DNA of 64,000 nucleotides, taken from the NCBI GenBank assembly GCA_046758745.1, contig JBHIAV010000003.1, forward strand, positions 46,262 to 110,261, in the 5' to 3' direction. Below are positions 47,383 through 57,336 of this stretch, piece after piece. Source of the stretch: Gemmatimonadota bacterium (lineage in GTDB: Bacteria > Gemmatimonadota > Gemmatimonadetes > Palauibacterales > Palauibacteraceae). Every line of letters begins with the position of its first letter. The first letter of the stretch is position 1. Both the position numbers and the translations under genes were made by a program. The notes under the pieces are model-generated. The model was given only the letters and a program-made list of their open reading frames with translations, was not told the DNA's origin and did not search any database.

Positions 47383-48912
47383 GTGATCGAGCGGTCGGTG
47401 GATGTAGCGATCGTCGGCTCCGGGGCCGGCGGCGGGACGGTGGCCAAGGAGCTGGGCCCGCTCGCCCGCGACGGCAGGCGGGTCCTCGTCCTCGAGCAGG
47501 GACCGAAACTCCGGGACGAGGAATACACCGGCCGGGAGCTCGAGATGGCGGAGGCGCTCTACGCGGCGAATGGCGGCTTCCTGAACGCGGAGGGGACGCT
47601 CACCCTGGCCTTGGGTCGCGCCTACGGCGGCTCCACCACCGTGTACACGGGAACGTCCCTCGTGGCGCCGGAGCGGGTGATCCGAGGTTGGGACGTCCCG
47701 GGCGTCACGCATGCGGACGTGGCGCAGCGCTCGCGCAAGTACATGAGCGAGAACAACGTGCATCTCCTGGAGCCGGAGCTCATCAACGAGAACAACCGGC
47801 TCTTCGTCGACGGGTGCAGGCGCGCGGGCTATCGGGTCGAGCAGTTTCCGATCAACGTGAAGGGGTGTCTCGGCTCGAGCCTGTGCAACCTCGGATGCCC
47901 GAACGGCGCCAAACAGGGAACCGACCGAGTGCAGCTCCCCGAGGCGGAGCGAAGCGGGGTCGAGGTCGTCACGCGCGCCGAGGTCGTGCGTCTCGAGCGG
48001 CGGGCGGTGGTCGTGCGAGTGATCGAGAAGGAAGCGGGAGCGAAGGGCGAGCCCTCCCCATGGGCGCCGGGCGAGTATCGGGTTCGCGCGAGGGTGGTGG
48101 TGCTGGCGGGCGGAGCCGTGGGCTCCCCCGCCCTCCTGAGGCGCTCCCCGCTCCCGCTGCACCTGCCGCGCGTGGGCCGGGGTTTCACCTGTCATCCGGC
48201 TCTCATCCTGGTCGCGGAGCACGATCGGGAGATCACCAACGACGTCGGGCATCCGAAGAGCTACTACGTGGACCGGGCGGCAGAGGAGGGATTCGTTCTC
48301 GAAACCTGCATGTACTTCCCGTTCGCGACCGCCAAGAGCCTCACCGGCTTCGGTCCCGACCACAGCCGGCTGATGCGGGCCTTTCCCCGGCTGCAGATGA
48401 TTCTGGTGCTCGCGTGCGATCGCGCCGTCGCGGCCAATCGCGTGGACGTGGATCGCACCGGGCAACCCGTCGTGCACTACCGTTTCACGCGCGAAGTGGT
48501 GCGCTCGTTCGCCCTGGCCACCCGCGCCGCCGCGCGCATCTTCTTCGCGGGCGGGGCGGTGCGCATGCACGCCCCCCTGGCCGAACCGCCCCTGCTCGAG
48601 CGAAGCGACGCGGACAGCCTCGAGGAGAGGGTTCGCGAGCGGCACTTTCGACCCGGCAAGATCTCCGTGTCGGCAGCTCACCTGATGGGCGGCTGCGGGA
48701 TGGGACGGGACCGATCGGACTCGGTTACTGACGGCTGGGGCCGCGTGCACGGAGAGCCATGGCTGCGCGTGGCGGACGCGAGCCTCTTCCCGGACGCGCT
48801 CCACATCAACCCGTACCTCACGATCATGGCGCTCGCGGATCGCGTCGCCGAGGGGATTCGCGCCGAAGCGGCCGATCTCCTGGGAACGGCCCCGGCGGAG
48901 AGGCCGGCGTGA
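47383..48912 (+). CDS. GMC family FAD oxidoreductase
   Basis: 'IVGSGAGG', 'GGSTTVY', 'CLGSSLCNLGCP', 'AHLMGGC', 'DASLFP', 'NPYLTI'. Confidence 0.92.
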   Translation: MIERSVDVAIVGSGAGGGTVAKELGPLARDGRRVLVLEQGPKLRDEEYTGRELEMAEALYAANGGFLNAEGTLTLALGRAYGGSTTVYTGTSLVAPERVIRGWDVPGVTHADVAQRSRKYMSENNVHLLEPELINENNRLFVDGCRRAGYRVEQFPINVKGCLGSSLCNLGCPNGAKQGTDRVQLPEAERSGVEVVTRAEVVRLERRAVVVRVIEKEAGAKGEPSPWAPGEYRVRARVVVLAGGAVGSPALLRRSPLPLHLPRVGRGFTCHPALILVAEHDREITNDVGHPKSYYVDRAAEEGFVLETCMYFPFATAKSLTGFGPDHSRLMRAFPRLQMILVLACDRAVAANRVDVDRTGQPVVHYRFTREVVRSFALATRAAARIFFAGGAVRMHAPLAEPPLLERSDADSLEERVRERHFRPGKISVSAAHLMGGCGMGRDRSDSVTDGWGRVHGEPWLRVADASLFPDALHINPYLTIMALADRVAEGIRAEAADLLGTAPAERPA

Positions 48913-50726
48913 GCTGGAGCGGCGCCGCGGAGGTTGTTCGCGCGCTCGAGGACGAGGGGATTCCCTTCGCCTTCGGCATTCCGGGTACGCACAACATCGA
49001 GCTGTACGACGCGCTGGCGGAGTCGAAGTCCGTTCGCTCGGTGCTGGTGACGGACGAGCAGAGTGCCTCCTTCATGGCCGATGGAGTCTGGAGGGCATCC
49101 GGACGGCTCGCCTGCGTGAACGTCGTACCCGGTGCCGGGCTGACGCACGCCCTCTCCGGCATAGCGGAAGCCTTCCTCGACAACGTGCCGCTGCTCGTCC
49201 TCGCGTGCGGTATCCGGCGGGACACCGGGATGGGATTCCAGCTACACGATGTCGACCAGCTCGCCATCGCGCGCCCGGTGACGAAGGGGACGTTCCAGCC
49301 GACCGGTCAGGCGGACATCCGCCGGACGATCCGGCACGCCTGCGCCCTCGCGCGCTCCGGGGCGCCGGGCCCTGTCGTGGTCGAGATCCCCGCGGAGCTG
49401 TACATGCTCCGGGGGAGGGGCCAGGAGAGCTTCGCCGAAAGGGGGGCGCCGGCCACGACGGGCGCGAGCGAGGACCGGCAGGGCGACGACGAGCCGGCCG
49501 ACGACGATCTCGACGCCGAGCAGCTCTCTGCGGCCGGGGAGCGCGACGCCGTCGGTGAGCCCGACGCCGGCGATCTGGATCGGGCGGCGGAGATCCTGCG
49601 AGAGGCCGCCCGTCCGCTCCTCTACCTGGGCCTCGGCGCGGCACCGGCGGGGCGACGGCTCGTCGAGCTTGCCGAGCTCCTTGAATCGCCCGTGGCCACG
49701 ACGATCCAGGGGAAGGGGGTCTTCCCCGAGTCGCACCCGCTCGCCCTGTGGCCCGGTCTCGGGAACATGGCACCCCCTTTCGTGCGGGAGGTGGCCGGAG
49801 GGTGCGACGCCACGCTCGCCATCGGCTGCCGGTTCAGCGAGGTCGGCACCGGGAGCTACGGATTCTCCCCCCCCGCCCCGCTGATCCACGTCGACATCGA
49901 CCCGCGCGTGCTGGGACGGAATCTCCCGACCCGGCTGACGATCGAGGCGGATTCCGCCCGCTTCGTGAACGGTCTTCTGGAGCGGCTGGCGGAGCGGCGG
50001 CGGGATCCGGCGCTGCGCGAGGCGATCCGTGCCGGGCGCCTGGAGGTATGGAAGGGGTGGCTAGACGCGGCCGGGGGCGAGGGGGTGACGCCGGCCCATC
50101 TGCTCCGACGGCTGCAGGACATCCTCGGCCCCGATACCATCTTCACGACCGACAGCGGGAACGGGACCTTTCTCGCCATGGAGTGCCTGAGCCTCGATGG
50201 TCCCGGCCGCTTCCTGGCGCCGGTGGATTTCTCCTGTATGGGGTACGCGGTGCCGGCGGCCATCGGAGCGAAGCTGGCCCGGCCCGAAGCCCCGGTCGTG
50301 GCGCTCGTCGGCGACGGGGCTTTCCTCATGACCGGCCTCGAGCTGCTCACCGCGGCCCGCGAGGGGACGGGCGTCGCCGCGCTCGTTCTTCGAGACCGCG
50401 AGCTGGCGCAGATCGCGCAGTTCCAGGAGGCGGCCTTCCATCGAAAGGCGTGCAGTGTGCTTCCGGACTACGACCTGGTCTCCCTGTGCGCGGGAATGGG
50501 AGTGGAGTGTCTCGACCTTCCGTCAAACGATCGCGTCGACCCCGTCCTCGAGCGAGTGGCGGCGATCACCGCCGAGGGGCGCCCCGCAGCGGTGGAGGTG
50601 GCGATCGATTACTCGCAGAAGACGTTCTTCACGCGCGGCGTCGTGAAGACCAACTTCGGGCGGCTCCCGTGGCGCGATCGTTTCCGGGTGCTCGCGCGGG
50701 CGGCGGCCCGGCGTCTCACGGGTTGA
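48909..50726 (+). CDS. Thiamine-diphosphate enzyme (acetolactate synthase-like family)
   Basis: 'FGIPGTH', 'DEQSASFMADG', 'PGAG', 'MGYAVPAAIG', 'GDGAF'. Confidence 0.9.
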   Translation: MSWSGAAEVVRALEDEGIPFAFGIPGTHNIELYDALAESKSVRSVLVTDEQSASFMADGVWRASGRLACVNVVPGAGLTHALSGIAEAFLDNVPLLVLACGIRRDTGMGFQLHDVDQLAIARPVTKGTFQPTGQADIRRTIRHACALARSGAPGPVVVEIPAELYMLRGRGQESFAERGAPATTGASEDRQGDDEPADDDLDAEQLSAAGERDAVGEPDAGDLDRAAEILREAARPLLYLGLGAAPAGRRLVELAELLESPVATTIQGKGVFPESHPLALWPGLGNMAPPFVREVAGGCDATLAIGCRFSEVGTGSYGFSPPAPLIHVDIDPRVLGRNLPTRLTIEADSARFVNGLLERLAERRRDPALREAIRAGRLEVWKGWLDAAGGEGVTPAHLLRRLQDILGPDTIFTTDSGNGTFLAMECLSLDGPGRFLAPVDFSCMGYAVPAAIGAKLARPEAPVVALVGDGAFLMTGLELLTAAREGTGVAALVLRDRELAQIAQFQEAAFHRKACSVLPDYDLVSLCAGMGVECLDLPSNDRVDPVLERVAAITAEGRPAAVEVAIDYSQKTFFTRGVVKTNFGRLPWRDRFRVLARAAARRLTG

Positions 50727-50927
50727 GCCGAGGCCCACCCGGCCACCACGCCCTCGCGGATTCCCCCACCCATCCATCGCGCTCGCAGATTCCCCGACGC
50801 ATCCGCCAGCCTACACCCGACCCCTCCGGCGGCGTTGCGGGCGCTTTACACTCGCCGGCACCGGATCTATTCTGACCTCGGCTTCCGGCCCGCGATTTCC
50901 TTTGCACGCCTCGAGGAGGGCTCCGTC

Positions 50928-51485
50928 ATGTGGTTTCTCATCACGCTGATCCTGGTGGCCCTCGCCCTGGTCACCTTCTACAACGCCCTGGTCAAGCTCC
51001 GTGTGAGGTGCGAGAACGCCTGGGCCGACATCGACGTGCAGCTCAAGCGGCGCCATGACCTGATCCCCAACCTGGTCGAGACGGTGAAGGGCTACGCCGG
51101 TCACGAGCGGGAGACGCTGGAGGGTGTCGTCGAGGCACGCAACCGGGCGATGGGAGCGACGGGTCCCGCGGCTCGGGCGGAGGCGGAGAGTGCCCTCACC
51201 GGCGCCCTCAAGTCCCTCTTCGCCCTCTCCGAAGCCTATCCGCAGCTGCGCGCCGTCGAGAGCTTCACCGAGCTGCAGGGAACGCTCGAGGAGATCGAGT
51301 CCGCGATCCAGAACGCACGGCGCTACTACAACGCGGTCGTGCGCGACCTGAACACGAAGATCGAAGTCTTCCCCTCCAACATCGTCGCCAACATGTTCCG
51401 ATTCCAGAAGGAGGAGTTCTTCGGTCTGGCCGACGAAGTGGAGCGTGAGGCACCGCGGGTGAGCTTCGGCGATACAGGAAGCTGA
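50928..51485 (+). CDS. lemA: LemA family protein
   Basis: 'YNALV', 'IDVQLKRRHDLIPNLVETVKGYA', 'ARRYYNAVV', 'FPSNIVA'. Confidence 0.96.
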   Translation: MWFLITLILVALALVTFYNALVKLRVRCENAWADIDVQLKRRHDLIPNLVETVKGYAGHERETLEGVVEARNRAMGATGPAARAEAESALTGALKSLFALSEAYPQLRAVESFTELQGTLEEIESAIQNARRYYNAVVRDLNTKIEVFPSNIVANMFRFQKEEFFGLADEVEREAPRVSFGDTGS

Positions 51486-51489
51486 AAGG

Positions 51490-53367
51490 GTGAGCCGCGT
51501 CTTCCTCTCGCCGGCGCTCCTCGCCCTGTGGGGCGCCGCAGCGGCTCCTCTGCAGGCCACCGCCCCGGCGGCAGGCTCGCACGACCCCGTCCCTCGCTCC
51601 TGGGTGATCGCCCGCTTCGACGCGGAGATCCGGGTCCATCAGAGCGGCATCGTCGAGGTTAAGGAGACGATCCGCGTTCGCTTCTCCGGGAGCTACAACG
51701 GCATCTTCCGCACCATCCCCATCGAGTATACGACGCCGGGCGGCTTCAACTACACTCTTCGCCTCGATGTCGAGAGCGTAACCGATGAGGCGGGCCGATC
51801 CCTGCGCCACGAGATCTCCCGGGAGGGTCGCAACCGGAAGATCAAGATCTGGATCCCGGACGCGCGGGACGCGACCCGCACCGTCGTTATCCGGTACCGG
51901 GTGAAGAACGGTCTCCGCTTCTTCGAGGAGGAGGGGGAGGAGTGGGACGAGCTGTATTGGAACGTGACGGGCACGGAGTGGCCGGTACCGATCGAGGCGG
52001 CCAGTGCCCGTGTCCATCTCCCATCCATGGTGTCGGGAGTCCGGGCCGTGGCTTACACGGGCGGTTTCGGGTCGGGCGAGCAGGCGGCGGAGGTGGTCGT
52101 GCGCGATCATGTTGTGCAGGCACGGACGCTTCGCGAGCTCGGTTTCCGGGAGGGGCTCACCGTCGCGGTGGCATGGGACTCCCGCCGTCAGCCGGCCCCG
52201 GCCGGGACCGAGGGCCGGGCGGCCGCCGGAGGGGTCGACGACGGCTCCGGCCCCTCGGAGGAGGCGCTTCCGGCCGCGTCCGGCCCGTACCTGGTCCGGC
52301 GCCCCACCGCCATCCAGAAGCTCGCGGACTTTCTGCGTAGCAACTGGCCGCTCTCCGCCCCGCTGCTCCTCTTTCTCTTCATGTACCGCCACTGGCAGAC
52401 TCGCGGCCGCGACCCGGCGCGCCGTCCGATCGCCGCCCAATACGAACCCCCGGAGGATCTCACCCCCTCGGAGGCGGGCGTCCTGGTGGACAACCGCCCG
52501 GACATGCGGGACGTCACGGCGATGCTGGTGGACCTCGCGGTACGCGGGCACATCCGCATCGAAGAGACGGAGGAGAAGAAGCTTTTCGGCCTCATCACGG
52601 AGCGGGAACACGAGTTCGTGCGGCGTACCGACTCGGCGGAGTGGCAGGACCTCAAACGGCACGAGCGGGAGCTCCTCGATGCCCTCTTCGAGGGTGGGGC
52701 CATCGGACGCGTTAGCGTGTCGGAACTGGAGAACGAGTTCTATGAGGATCTTCCGAAGATCCGGGACGGCATCTTCGACGAGCTCCTTGCGCGGCGGTAT
52801 TACCGACGCCGGCCGGACAGAGTGGTGGTCACCTACCTGGCGGCGGCGGTCGGCGTGGCGGCAGCCGTCATCCTCGGCGGGATCCTCGTCAGCCAGTGGC
52901 TCGGCACCTCAAGCCTTTCGGCCGTCCTCGGGGGGATCCTGAGCGCGGCCGTGGTGGCCGGCTTCGGTTTCATCATGCCGGCCCGCACGATCAGGGGTGC
53001 GCGCGCGCTGGAGAAGGTGCTCGGGTTCGAGGAATTCCTCAGCCGCGTGGAGTCCGACCGGTACCGACGGATGATCACGGGTCCGGAGATGTTCGAGAAG
53101 TACCTTCCCTTCGCCATGGCCCTCGGGGTGGAGAAGAAGTGGGCGGGCGCGTTCGACGGGATCTTCCGCGAGCCACCCGAGTGGTACCACGGGAGCGGAT
53201 ATGCCTCGTTCCGCCCGACGCTCTTCGTGAGCGACCTCTCCCACATGACCGGACGGACCGCCTCCGCCATGGCCTCCTCTCCGCGCAGCTCTGGTGGGTC
53301 GGCTTTCTCCGGAGGCGGCGGGTTCTCGGGCGGCGGATTCGGCGGCGGCGGCGGCGGAGCCTTCTAG
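51490..53367 (+). CDS. DUF2207 family membrane protein
   Basis: 'GIFRTIP', 'ELYWNVTG', 'FEKYLPFAMALGV'; Gly-rich C-terminus; follows lemA. Confidence 0.92.
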   Translation: MSRVFLSPALLALWGAAAAPLQATAPAAGSHDPVPRSWVIARFDAEIRVHQSGIVEVKETIRVRFSGSYNGIFRTIPIEYTTPGGFNYTLRLDVESVTDEAGRSLRHEISREGRNRKIKIWIPDARDATRTVVIRYRVKNGLRFFEEEGEEWDELYWNVTGTEWPVPIEAASARVHLPSMVSGVRAVAYTGGFGSGEQAAEVVVRDHVVQARTLRELGFREGLTVAVAWDSRRQPAPAGTEGRAAAGGVDDGSGPSEEALPAASGPYLVRRPTAIQKLADFLRSNWPLSAPLLLFLFMYRHWQTRGRDPARRPIAAQYEPPEDLTPSEAGVLVDNRPDMRDVTAMLVDLAVRGHIRIEETEEKKLFGLITEREHEFVRRTDSAEWQDLKRHERELLDALFEGGAIGRVSVSELENEFYEDLPKIRDGIFDELLARRYYRRRPDRVVVTYLAAAVGVAAAVILGGILVSQWLGTSSLSAVLGGILSAAVVAGFGFIMPARTIRGARALEKVLGFEEFLSRVESDRYRRMITGPEMFEKYLPFAMALGVEKKWAGAFDGIFREPPEWYHGSGYASFRPTLFVSDLSHMTGRTASAMASSPRSSGGSAFSGGGGFSGGGFGGGGGGAF

Positions 53368-53441
53368 GGCGCGCCGCGCGGCGCGGACGAGGAAGCGGCC
53401 GAGCCGCGGCATCAGGCGAACGGGGCGGGCGCGATGAAGCG

Positions 53442-55244
53442 GTGAACGGGCGAGCTCTCGGTTTGATCCTGTCGGGAGCCTTTAGTGTGGTGCTGCAAGC
53501 CGGATGCGGGAACGCCATTCAGAGCGAGGTGGAGGCGTACCTCGCGGAGTACGATCTGCGCTTCCAGGAGCTTTACTACCGGGCCGCGCTCGCCGAATGG
53601 GAATCGAACACGCGCATCGGGGAGGGCAACGCGACGAACGCGGCCCGCACCCGAAGCGCGAACGAGGCCCTCGCGGCGTTCGTCGGGAGCGTGGAGAACA
53701 TCGAGAGGATCCGGAACTACCTCGGGCGACGTGACGAGCTGGAGCCCCTGCAGGTGAGGCGGCTCGAAGCGATGCTGTATGCCGCGGCCGACAAGCCCCA
53801 GACGGCACCGGAGCTCGTGAGGGAGCGCATCGCCGCCGAGACGGAGCAGGTCGAGGCGCTCTTCGGGTTCGAGTTCCTGCTGTACGGCGAGCCCATCGTT
53901 CCCAACCGGATCGACGAGCTACTGCGGTCGAGCCGCGATCTCGGAGAGCGCCTCGCAGTCTGGGAGGCGTCCAAGGAAGTCGGTAGGGGCCTCAAGGCCG
54001 GAGTCGTCCGTCTGCGGGATCTGAGGAACGGCACGGTGCGGGCGCTCGGCTATCCGGATTTCTTCGCCTACCAGGTCTCCGACTACGGGATGACCACGGA
54101 GGAGATGCTCGAGCTCACGGACCGCCTGATCGAACAGACGCGTCCTCTGTACCGGGAGCTGCACACGTGGGCCAGGTACGAGCTGGCCGAGCGCTACGGT
54201 GCACCGGTCCCCGATCTTCTCCCCGCCCACTGGCTTCCGAACCGGTGGGCGCAGGATTGGACGGCGCTCGTCACGGTCGAGGGGTTGGACGTGGACGCGG
54301 CCATGCGAGAGCACGACGCCGAGTGGGTGGTCCGACAGGGAGAGGACTTCTTCGTCAGCCTCGGGTTCGATTCTCTCCCGGCGGGATTCTGGGAGCGCTC
54401 TTCCCTGTACCCGTTGCCGGCGGGCGCGCCGTACAAGAAGAACACACACGCCTCCGCCTGGCACCTCGACCTCGACGGCGACGTGCGGTCGCTGATGAGC
54501 GTGGAGCCGAACAGCGACTGGTACAGCACGGCCATCCACGAGCTCGGGCACATCTACTACTACATCTCGTACAGCCGACCGAGCGTACCGCTTACCCTCC
54601 GTACCGGCGCGAACCGCGCCTACCACGAGGGCATCGGGAGCATGCTCGGACTTGCCGCGCAGCAGCGACGATTCCTGCAGGGCCGCGGCTTCGTCACACA
54701 GGGGACAGATGTCGACCGGAGGGCCCAGCTGCTCAGGGAGGCGCTGGACTTCGTGGTCTTCATCCCGTGGTCGGCGGGCGTGATGACGCGGTTCGAGCAC
54801 GAACTGTACGCCGACTCGCTTCCGCCCGAGCGTTTCAACGAGCGCTGGTGGGAGCTGGTCCGCCGCTACCAGGGAGTCGTCCCGCCGTCCCGCCGCGGCG
54901 AGGAGTACGCGGACGCGGCCACCAAGACGCACATCAACGACGATCCGGCGCAGTACTACGATTACGCGCTCTCCTACGCCCTGCTCTTCCAGCTGCATTC
55001 GCACATCGCGCGGGAGCTCCTGCACCAGGATCCGCACGATACCGACTACTACGGTGAGCGGTCGGTCGGCGACTTCCTGCGGGCGCTGATGGCCCCGGGT
55101 GCCAGCCGCCCGTGGCGTGACGTGCTGCGCCGGACGACAGGACGCGAGCTCGACGCGCAGGCGATCGTCGAGTATTTCGCACCGCTGGAGGAGTGGCTCG
55201 CGGAGGTGAACCGCGGCCGGACACACACGCTCCCGGAGCCGTAA
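53442..55244 (+). CDS. M2 family peptidyl-dipeptidase (ACE-like), probable lipoprotein
   Basis: 'LPAHWL', 'HASAW', 'HELGH', 'GANRAYHEGIG', 'YFAPLEEWL'; 'LQAGC' lipobox. Confidence 0.93.
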   Translation: MNGRALGLILSGAFSVVLQAGCGNAIQSEVEAYLAEYDLRFQELYYRAALAEWESNTRIGEGNATNAARTRSANEALAAFVGSVENIERIRNYLGRRDELEPLQVRRLEAMLYAAADKPQTAPELVRERIAAETEQVEALFGFEFLLYGEPIVPNRIDELLRSSRDLGERLAVWEASKEVGRGLKAGVVRLRDLRNGTVRALGYPDFFAYQVSDYGMTTEEMLELTDRLIEQTRPLYRELHTWARYELAERYGAPVPDLLPAHWLPNRWAQDWTALVTVEGLDVDAAMREHDAEWVVRQGEDFFVSLGFDSLPAGFWERSSLYPLPAGAPYKKNTHASAWHLDLDGDVRSLMSVEPNSDWYSTAIHELGHIYYYISYSRPSVPLTLRTGANRAYHEGIGSMLGLAAQQRRFLQGRGFVTQGTDVDRRAQLLREALDFVVFIPWSAGVMTRFEHELYADSLPPERFNERWWELVRRYQGVVPPSRRGEEYADAATKTHINDDPAQYYDYALSYALLFQLHSHIARELLHQDPHDTDYYGERSVGDFLRALMAPGASRPWRDVLRRTTGRELDAQAIVEYFAPLEEWLAEVNRGRTHTLPEP

Positions 55245-55343
55245 GGCGGCGACTCCGCGCCGGCGCCTCCGTCGTCAGCTGGAGGAGGTGCCGGCTACAT
55301 CCGCCCGCGACCGACAGTCGGTAGAGACGAAGGAGAGGAGAAG

Positions 55344-55811
55344 ATGGCGGTCCACACAGGAGACAGAGCTCCGGGGTTTCGGCTTCCCTCCGAGCCTGGA
55401 ACGGAGATCGACGTGGCCGAACACATCGGTCGGGAGAAGGTCGTGCTGCTCTTCTTCCCGCTCGCGTTCAGCCCGGTATGCACGCGGGAGATGAAGACCG
55501 TCGGAGGGACGTGGGCGCAGTGGGAGAGGCTCGGCGCCCGGGTGTTCGGAATCTCCGTGGACAGCCCGTTCGTGACCCGGAAGTTCAGGGAGGAGGAGGG
55601 GATCCCGTTCCCGATCCTGTCGGACTTCAACCGAGCGGTGGCGAGGGAGTACGGAGTGCTGCACGAGAACCTGATGGGCCTGGAGGGCGTGGCCAAGCGT
55701 GCGGTGTTCGTGATCGGTACGGATGGACGGGTGACCTACACCTGGGTGAGCGACGAACCGGGCGCGGAGCCGGACTACGATGTCGTGCAGCGCGCGGCGG
55801 AGGAGGCGTGA
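55344..55811 (+). CDS. Peroxiredoxin (AhpC/TSA family)
   Basis: 'FFPLAFSPVCTRE', 'ISVDSPF', 'ILSDFN', 'KRAVFVI'. Confidence 0.92.
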   Translation: MAVHTGDRAPGFRLPSEPGTEIDVAEHIGREKVVLLFFPLAFSPVCTREMKTVGGTWAQWERLGARVFGISVDSPFVTRKFREEEGIPFPILSDFNRAVAREYGVLHENLMGLEGVAKRAVFVIGTDGRVTYTWVSDEPGAEPDYDVVQRAAEEA

Positions 55812-57169
55812 TGAAGCGGAAGGCCGGACGCGGGGAGGCAGGCCGAAGCTGGTGCGTCCTCATCCTGGTCGCGACTCTCCTAGCGCTCCGCGCGCTCCCG
55901 GCCCCGGCCCAGGAGTCACGCGGGACGGAGAGCTCCGTCGCGGCAGCCACGGATCCAGAGCTCGCGGCGGCGGCGGAGCGATTCCTTTCGGTCGTGAGCT
56001 GGCTGGCCGACGACGCCCGTGAGGGGCGGGGCGTGGGCACGAAGGGCCTGGAGGAAGCCGGAGAGTGGATCGCCATCCGCTTTCGCTCCCTGGGGCTCGA
56101 GCCGGCGGGGGCGGCCGGAGGGTATCACCAGCCCTTTCCTGTGAGCGCCTCCGGTCACGGAGGCGAGCCTCCGGTCGGCGGAGAGGCGTTCAACGTGGTC
56201 GGCCTCCTCCCCGCCGGATCTCCCGACCCTCTGCCGGGAGCCGTGGTGATCGGCGCCCATTACGACCACCTGGGAATGGGCGGGTCTTCCTCGCGCGCGC
56301 CCGACGGTCGCGTGGTGCACAATGGCGCGGACGACAACGCCTCCGGGACGGCGGCCCTGCTCGAGGTGGCTCGTGCCCTGCGCGCGAGGCGGGGCGAGCT
56401 GCGGCGGGATGTCTACTTCGTGGCGTTCTCCGCCGAGGAGCTCGGCAACATCGGCTCCTCCGCGTTCGTGCACGCGCCTCCCGAAGGGCTCGCCCTGGAG
56501 GGGATCATCGCCATGCTGAACATGGACATGGTCGGACGGCTCCGCGACGACCGCCTCTCGGTCCTCGGAGGCGAGTCGGCCGAAGAATGGAGCGAGCTCG
56601 TGGCGCCCAGATGCGAGCAGCTACGCCTCGTGTGCGCGATCAGGGGCGATGGGTTCGGCGCCTCCGATCACGCCTCCTTCTTCGCGGCGGGCATCCCGGT
56701 CCTCCACTTCTTCACCGGGGCGCACGACGAGTACCACACGCCGGCGGACGACACGCACCTCATCGATCCGACCGGCGGAGCGCGGATCGCCGAGCTGGTC
56801 ACAGCCGTGGCGGCCGCCGTGGCCAATCATGAGGGGCCGCTCACCCTGCGAAAGGCCGCCTCCGCTCCCGCGCGGACCCGCAGGCACGGCGGAGCCCGGC
56901 TCGGTACCCTCCCCGACTACGCGGGTCCCGCGGATGGGCGTCCGGGTGTCCTGCTATCGGCCGTGCGGCCGGAAAGCCCGGCGGAGGTGGCCGGCCTGAG
57001 ACGCGGCGACGTGATCGTCGGACTCGGTGGAAGGGAGATCCACGACATCCAGGACTTCATGGCGGCCCTCGAGAGCGCCAGGCCGGGGGAGCGGGACACC
57101 GTCGTGGTGGAGCGCGACGGAGAGCGGGTCGAGCTGGAGGTTGTCTACGGAGCGCCGGCTGCCCGTTAA
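55811..57169 (+). CDS. M28 family aminopeptidase with a C-terminal PDZ domain
   Basis: 'IGAHYDH', 'GADDNASG', 'SAEELG', 'NMDMVG', 'SDH', 'YH'; PDZ 'SPAEVAGLRRGDVI'. Confidence 0.93.
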   Translation: MKRKAGRGEAGRSWCVLILVATLLALRALPAPAQESRGTESSVAAATDPELAAAAERFLSVVSWLADDAREGRGVGTKGLEEAGEWIAIRFRSLGLEPAGAAGGYHQPFPVSASGHGGEPPVGGEAFNVVGLLPAGSPDPLPGAVVIGAHYDHLGMGGSSSRAPDGRVVHNGADDNASGTAALLEVARALRARRGELRRDVYFVAFSAEELGNIGSSAFVHAPPEGLALEGIIAMLNMDMVGRLRDDRLSVLGGESAEEWSELVAPRCEQLRLVCAIRGDGFGASDHASFFAAGIPVLHFFTGAHDEYHTPADDTHLIDPTGGARIAELVTAVAAAVANHEGPLTLRKAASAPARTRRHGGARLGTLPDYAGPADGRPGVLLSAVRPESPAEVAGLRRGDVIVGLGGREIHDIQDFMAALESARPGERDTVVVERDGERVELEVVYGAPAAR

Positions 57170-57273
57170 GGCCGCGATCCTGGGTCCCACCGCCCCCATC
57201 GTCCCCCTGGTGGTTCATGCCGACATGTTGCGCCCTGCGGTCCCCGTGATGATCCTCCCGCATGCGGCTCTTC

Positions 57274-57289
57274 CGGTCCGATCCTTGCT
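57274..57289 (+). promoter_or_regulatory. Possible sigma54 promoter of the diguanylate cyclase
   Basis: CGGTCCGATCCTTGCT, GG-N10-GC with TTGCT but a weaker -24 box. Confidence 0.4.
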
Positions 57290-57336
57290 GTCGGCCTGCG
57301 TTGGAGCCTGCGACCGCTTCCAGAGAGAGGAACACC

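Noticed and set aside
45967-48804. 945-aa minus-strand ORF and other long Arg/Pro/Gly-rich ORFs (e.g. 42350-44566, 28908-30938, 23779-25488)
   Set aside because: Shadow frames of real genes in high-GC DNA; no recognisable motifs
48909-50726. ilvB assignment
   Set aside because: No regulatory subunit or ilv context and an atypical ThDP motif; left at family level
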